From assembly GCA_039028615.1 (NCBI GenBank), contig JBCCHT010000083.1, positions 1-14,593 on the forward strand: a DNA stretch of 14,593 nt, given 5' to 3'. Shown here piece after piece: positions 11,497 to 14,593 of this stretch. The notes under the pieces were generated by a model. That model worked only from the letters and a program-made list of their open reading frames with translations. It was not told the origin of the DNA and made no database searches. How positions within the stretch are numbered: position 1 is the first letter of the stretch; every line of letters begins with the position of its first letter. The translations under genes were made by a program, and so were the position numbers. Source of the stretch: Myxococcota bacterium. Lineage in GTDB: Bacteria; Myxococcota_A; Polyangia; Nannocystales; Nannocystaceae.

Positions 11497-11554
11497 CGTG
11501 TGGCGACAAAGTGCTAGAGTCGCAAGTCGCGTAACCGCCCTGAGGGGCGGTCCT

Positions 11555-11641
11555 CATGTCTCGAGCGACGGTTCCTTCGTGAACTCCGTCAGGGCCGGAA
11601 GGCAGCAGCGGTAGCGGAGGAGCCGGGTGCTCGGGGCACTT
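11555..11641 (+). ncRNA. ffs: Signal recognition particle RNA (small bacterial 4.5S type); ends approximate
   Basis: Domain IV core GTCAGGGCCGGAAGGCAGCAGC with GGAA tetraloop; flanking helix TGTCTCGAGC/GCTCGGGGCA and GGTTCCT/AGGAGCC; followed by a T6 run; downstream of tRNA-Ser. Confidence 0.93.
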
Positions 11642-12470
11642 TTTTGCCCGTCGCTCGATTGCCCAAGATCGTCGAGACGGCCCGGAACCAACCGGAACGC
11701 GAGCGCTCCAGGGCCCGCACCAGCGCCTCCATGCTGGGCCAGCGGTCTTCGGGGCGCGGGGACAGGCCGCGGTCCAGCGTCTCCAGCAGACGTCGGCTGG
11801 CGCGTAGCTCGGGGCGACTGAAAGCCGTCCGCAGCACGGCACAAAAACCGTACTGATCGGCGCGAGCATCGACCGTCGCTCCGGTCAGCAGCTCGGGCGC
11901 GAGGCCATCGCTCGACCGACGCTGCGACGGAGCGCCCGGCGCCGCGAAGCCCACGACTCGCGGCACGCCATCGAAACCCACCACCACCGACGACGACTCG
12001 AAGTCGCCGTGCACGAGGCCCGCGTGATGGGCCGCGGCCAAGCCTCGACCCGCCGCACAGAACACCTCGAGCACTCGGTCCGCGGTGATCGGCGACAGCG
12101 TGTCGAGCCAACGATGCAGCGCCACGCCGGGCACCATCTCGCGGACGATGAACACCCCGGTGAGGCGACGCGACTCGTCGCGGGGATCCATGAACGTGCC
12201 CGTCTCGCAGACGCGGGCGACGTTGAGGTGATCGACCGCCTCCCACCGACGTGCCTGCTCGGCCTGCTCCGCCCGTCCGTCGTGGTGACTCCCCAGCGAC
12301 AGGATCAGGGTCACCACCACCTCGCGACCCGACTCCGGATCGTGAGCCGCCCACACCGTGCTCGATGCCCCGGCCCCCAACTTCCGTCGGAGCGAGTAGC
12401 GCCCCAAAGAAACCGGGCGGCCGCGGACCGCCAGCAGTGCGTGCTCCGTGTAGGAGGTTCCCTTCTCCAT
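11589..12470 (-). CDS. Ser/Thr protein kinase-like protein, probable pseudokinase
   Basis: Kinase-like framework (LGAG, LAAAHHAGLVHGDF, LAPE, DARADQY, RGL...PEDRWPSM) with VAIK->VVVT, HRDxKxxN->HGDFESSS and DFG->GFA. Start ATG 12470 or TTG 12491. Confidence 0.85.
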   Translation of the reverse strand: MEKGTSYTEHALLAVRGRPVSLGRYSLRRKLGAGASSTVWAAHDPESGREVVVTLILSLGSHHDGRAEQAEQARRWEAVDHLNVARVCETGTFMDPRDESRRLTGVFIVREMVPGVALHRWLDTLSPITADRVLEVFCAAGRGLAAAHHAGLVHGDFESSSVVVGFDGVPRVVGFAAPGAPSQRRSSDGLAPELLTGATVDARADQYGFCAVLRTAFSRPELRASRRLLETLDRGLSPRPEDRWPSMEALVRALERSRSGWFRAVSTILGNRATGKKVPRAPGSSATAAAFRP

Positions 12471-12849
12471 GACGGCAGTTTTTACTGACAATTCCTACTA
12501 TGTCGAACGAATTGACTCGAATTTATGGTGGTTCATCACATAAAACTGGCGCCAAACTCCTGAACGCAGTTCAGGCGCTCCACGCGGATTGGTACCGTTC
12601 GGACCGGCGTCGATTTCGCGCTTTTGGCACCAAGGGATCAGTACGAACCCGCGCGCTCAACGCGCGACGCCGCGCAATCGAAGGTCGAAGACGCTCGACT
12701 GCACGGCCGCGGATCGGAATTTTGAAGGAGAGATCTTGGCTCGATTTCATCAGCCGCGAGTTCGAGTTCGACTTCGTTGCGGAGCCAGACTCGAACCGGG
12801 TGAGCCGAGCGAAGTCAGGGGGCGGGTGCCTCCCCCTCGCTGTTGAAGT

Positions 12850-13821
12850 CTACAGGAGCAGGCAGCGGCCCAAGTTCTCGAGGTCCGGGTTGAGATCGGG
12901 GTACGGATCGCAGACTTGGCCTGCGCCCGAGCACGCCGCATCGGGGTCGTCCTCACTGAGGTCGCAGTACTCGCTGCAACAAGCGGGCGAACCGACGCAA
13001 GTGGGCACGAGCGAGGCCGCTGCACAGAACAGCCCCGGATCGCAGCTGCTGGCGTATATGCAAGGTTCTCCGTAGGCACCGCCAGCCCCCGAAGTATCAG
13101 GGATGCATACGAAGTCATCGTCGGGGGCATAGCACCCTAGGCCTTCTCCGCAGTCTTGTATGAGGGGGTCGCAGGTCGTCAAACAGAGGGTCAAGACGCC
13201 GCCATTGGCAATTTCGCAGATGTCTCCGCTGGCCGAGCAGCTCGGATTGTCTGGGCTGCCTGAGCACAGCTCCAGGCAAGTGCCCATGCCCGCTTCGTCG
13301 ACGTCCCAGCACATCGAGCCGTGGTCACAGTCGTCGATCCCGGCGGCCCCGCCTTCCGGTGCGAAGCAGGGCTCGCCGATCTGAGCCGGGTTCTTCGGTA
13401 CCGGGACGCAGTGCAGGTCGTTCCACGGGTCGCCCTCCTCCTTGGCGAGGGCGGCACATTTTTCACCTTCGGGGCAATCTTGCTCCCAGACATCGCACGT
13501 GCCGTCGGTCGGTCGCTCGCCCGTGCTGTCGTCCTCGCCCCCGGTGGGCTCGGTCTCGGTCTCGGTTTCGGTTTCGGTTTCGGTCGCGGTTTCGGCCTCG
13601 GTCGTGCTGCCGGATGCCGTGGTCGTGTCGAGGGGTGTGCCATCATCAGTCGAATCGCCGCCGACTGGCGGCACGTCGGGTCGAGAGATGTCGGTGTCCG
13701 CCGCGGTTCCGCCTGATGACGAAGTCGTGTCGTCGACCTCGGCTGGAGAGAAGGTGTCGCTCGTGCAGCCGAGCGGGAGTGAAACGAACAGAGGCGCAAG
13801 AGCCAGGAGACGAAGATTCAT
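12850..13821 (-). CDS. Cys-rich acidic lipoprotein of a myxobacterial paralog family
   Basis: Signal peptide with lipobox LG-C; T/S/D/E linker; Cys-rich domain CDVWEQDCPEGEKC...CDPLIQDC...CCSEYCDL; GGAG upstream of the ATG. Confidence 0.9.
   Translation of the reverse strand: MNLRLLALAPLFVSLPLGCTSDTFSPAEVDDTTSSSGGTAADTDISRPDVPPVGGDSTDDGTPLDTTTASGSTTEAETATETETETETETEPTGGEDDSTGERPTDGTCDVWEQDCPEGEKCAALAKEEGDPWNDLHCVPVPKNPAQIGEPCFAPEGGAAGIDDCDHGSMCWDVDEAGMGTCLELCSGSPDNPSCSASGDICEIANGGVLTLCLTTCDPLIQDCGEGLGCYAPDDDFVCIPDTSGAGGAYGEPCIYASSCDPGLFCAAASLVPTCVGSPACCSEYCDLSEDDPDAACSGAGQVCDPYPDLNPDLENLGRCLLL
13549..13602. repeat. In-frame 6-bp tandem repeat (9 imperfect units) encoding a TE-rich linker
   Basis: (C/T)TCGGT units, including variants CGCGGT and TTCGGC; encodes TEAETATETETETETETE on the minus strand. 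Confidence 0.92.
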
Positions 13822-13896
13822 GAGTGGACTCCACGGGTCGGTGTTCGTCGCCCGAGAGAGGCCCGGGCCGACGAGTGTTGTTGGGTTTTCTGGTGG

Positions 13897-14592
13897 CTAG
13901 GGCAGGACGCAGCCGCCTGCGTCCTCGAAGCCCGGGGCGACCGGGTCGAAGTGCGGTACGCAGATCTGGCCTGCGCCGGAGCACGCGGCATCGGGGTCGT
14001 CTTCGCTGAGATCGCAGTACTCGCTGCAGCAACCCACGGCACCCATGCAGCCGGGCACGTTCGAGGCGTCGGTGCAGAACAACCCCGCGTCGCAGACGTT
14101 GATGTACTCGCAGGGCTCTGCGTAGCCACCACCCCGCGCCGAGTCATCGGGCGCGCAGACGTAGCCATCGGCCGCGGCGGGATAGCACCCTTGGCCATCT
14201 CCGCAGTCCTGCAGCAGGGGATCGCAGCCGGCGAGGCACAGGTTCAGGACGCCGGCGTTGGCGATGACGCACACGTCTCCGTTGATGGAGCAGCTGGGGC
14301 TCTCGGCGCTGCCCGTGCATAGCCCAAGGCAAGTGCCCATGCCTTCTTCGTCGACGTCCCAGCAGACCGCACCGTGATCACAGTCGTCGATGCCCGCGGC
14401 CGGGCCCTCGGGCGCGTAGCAGGGATCGCCGATCTGCGCCGGGTTCTCGGGGACCGGGACGCAGTGCAGGTCGTTCCACCAGTCGCTCTTCTCGTTGGCG
14501 TAGGCGGCACATTTTTCGCCCTCGGGGCAGTCCTGCTCCCAGACGTCGCAGCTGCCGTCGGTCGGCCCCTCGCCCGTGCTGTCGTCCTCGCC
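13897..14592 (-). CDS. Second Cys-rich lipoprotein paralog, 5' end outside the window
   Basis: Frame is open to the window end: GEDDSTGEGPTDGSCDVWEQDCPEGEKCAAYANEKSDWWNDLHCVPVP..., colinear with the 12850-13821 product; the 147-aa ORF in the track begins at an internal Met. Confidence 0.92.
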   Translation of the reverse strand, partial: GEDDSTGEGPTDGSCDVWEQDCPEGEKCAAYANEKSDWWNDLHCVPVPENPAQIGDPCYAPEGPAAGIDDCDHGAVCWDVDEEGMGTCLGLCTGSAESPSCSINGDVCVIANAGVLNLCLAGCDPLLQDCGDGQGCYPAAADGYVCAPDDSARGGGYAEPCEYINVCDAGLFCTDASNVPGCMGAVGCCSEYCDLSEDDPDAACSGAGQICVPHFDPVAPGFEDAGGCVLP

Positions 14593-14593
14593 C

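Noticed and set aside
12500..13075. 191-aa plus-strand ORF
   Set aside because: Overlaps the Cys-rich lipoprotein antisense, lacks an SD and shows no motifs.

Overview
High-GC chromosomal window, most likely from a myxobacterium (Nannocystaceae-like, inferred from the Cys-rich lipoproteins, kinase-like protein and hybrid histidine kinase). Left to right: a ~121-bp near-perfect direct repeat (334-bp period, first copy cut by the window edge) in a highly self-complementary segment carrying a Shine-Dalgarno-led 18-codon ORF; hisN/IMPase-family and SDR genes (-); a ~650-bp intergenic region rich in hairpins; a membrane PAS hybrid histidine kinase and a membrane protein (+); a TetR regulator (-) divergent from a Coq4-motif gene (+) across a 31-bp palindrome; an acidic lipoprotein (-); recQ (-); tRNA-Ser(CGA), tRNA-Ser(GGA) and SRP RNA (+); a degenerate Ser/Thr kinase (-) whose 3' end overlaps the SRP RNA antisense; and two tandem paralogous Cys-rich lipoprotein genes (-), the last one truncated. 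No transposase, integrase, CRISPR array or reverse transcriptase was seen. The best candidates for something undescribed are the repeated structured element at 1-490, the hairpin-rich intergenic region, the pseudokinase/SRP overlap and the TetR-Coq4 module. All assignments come from reading motifs by eye; no searches were run.
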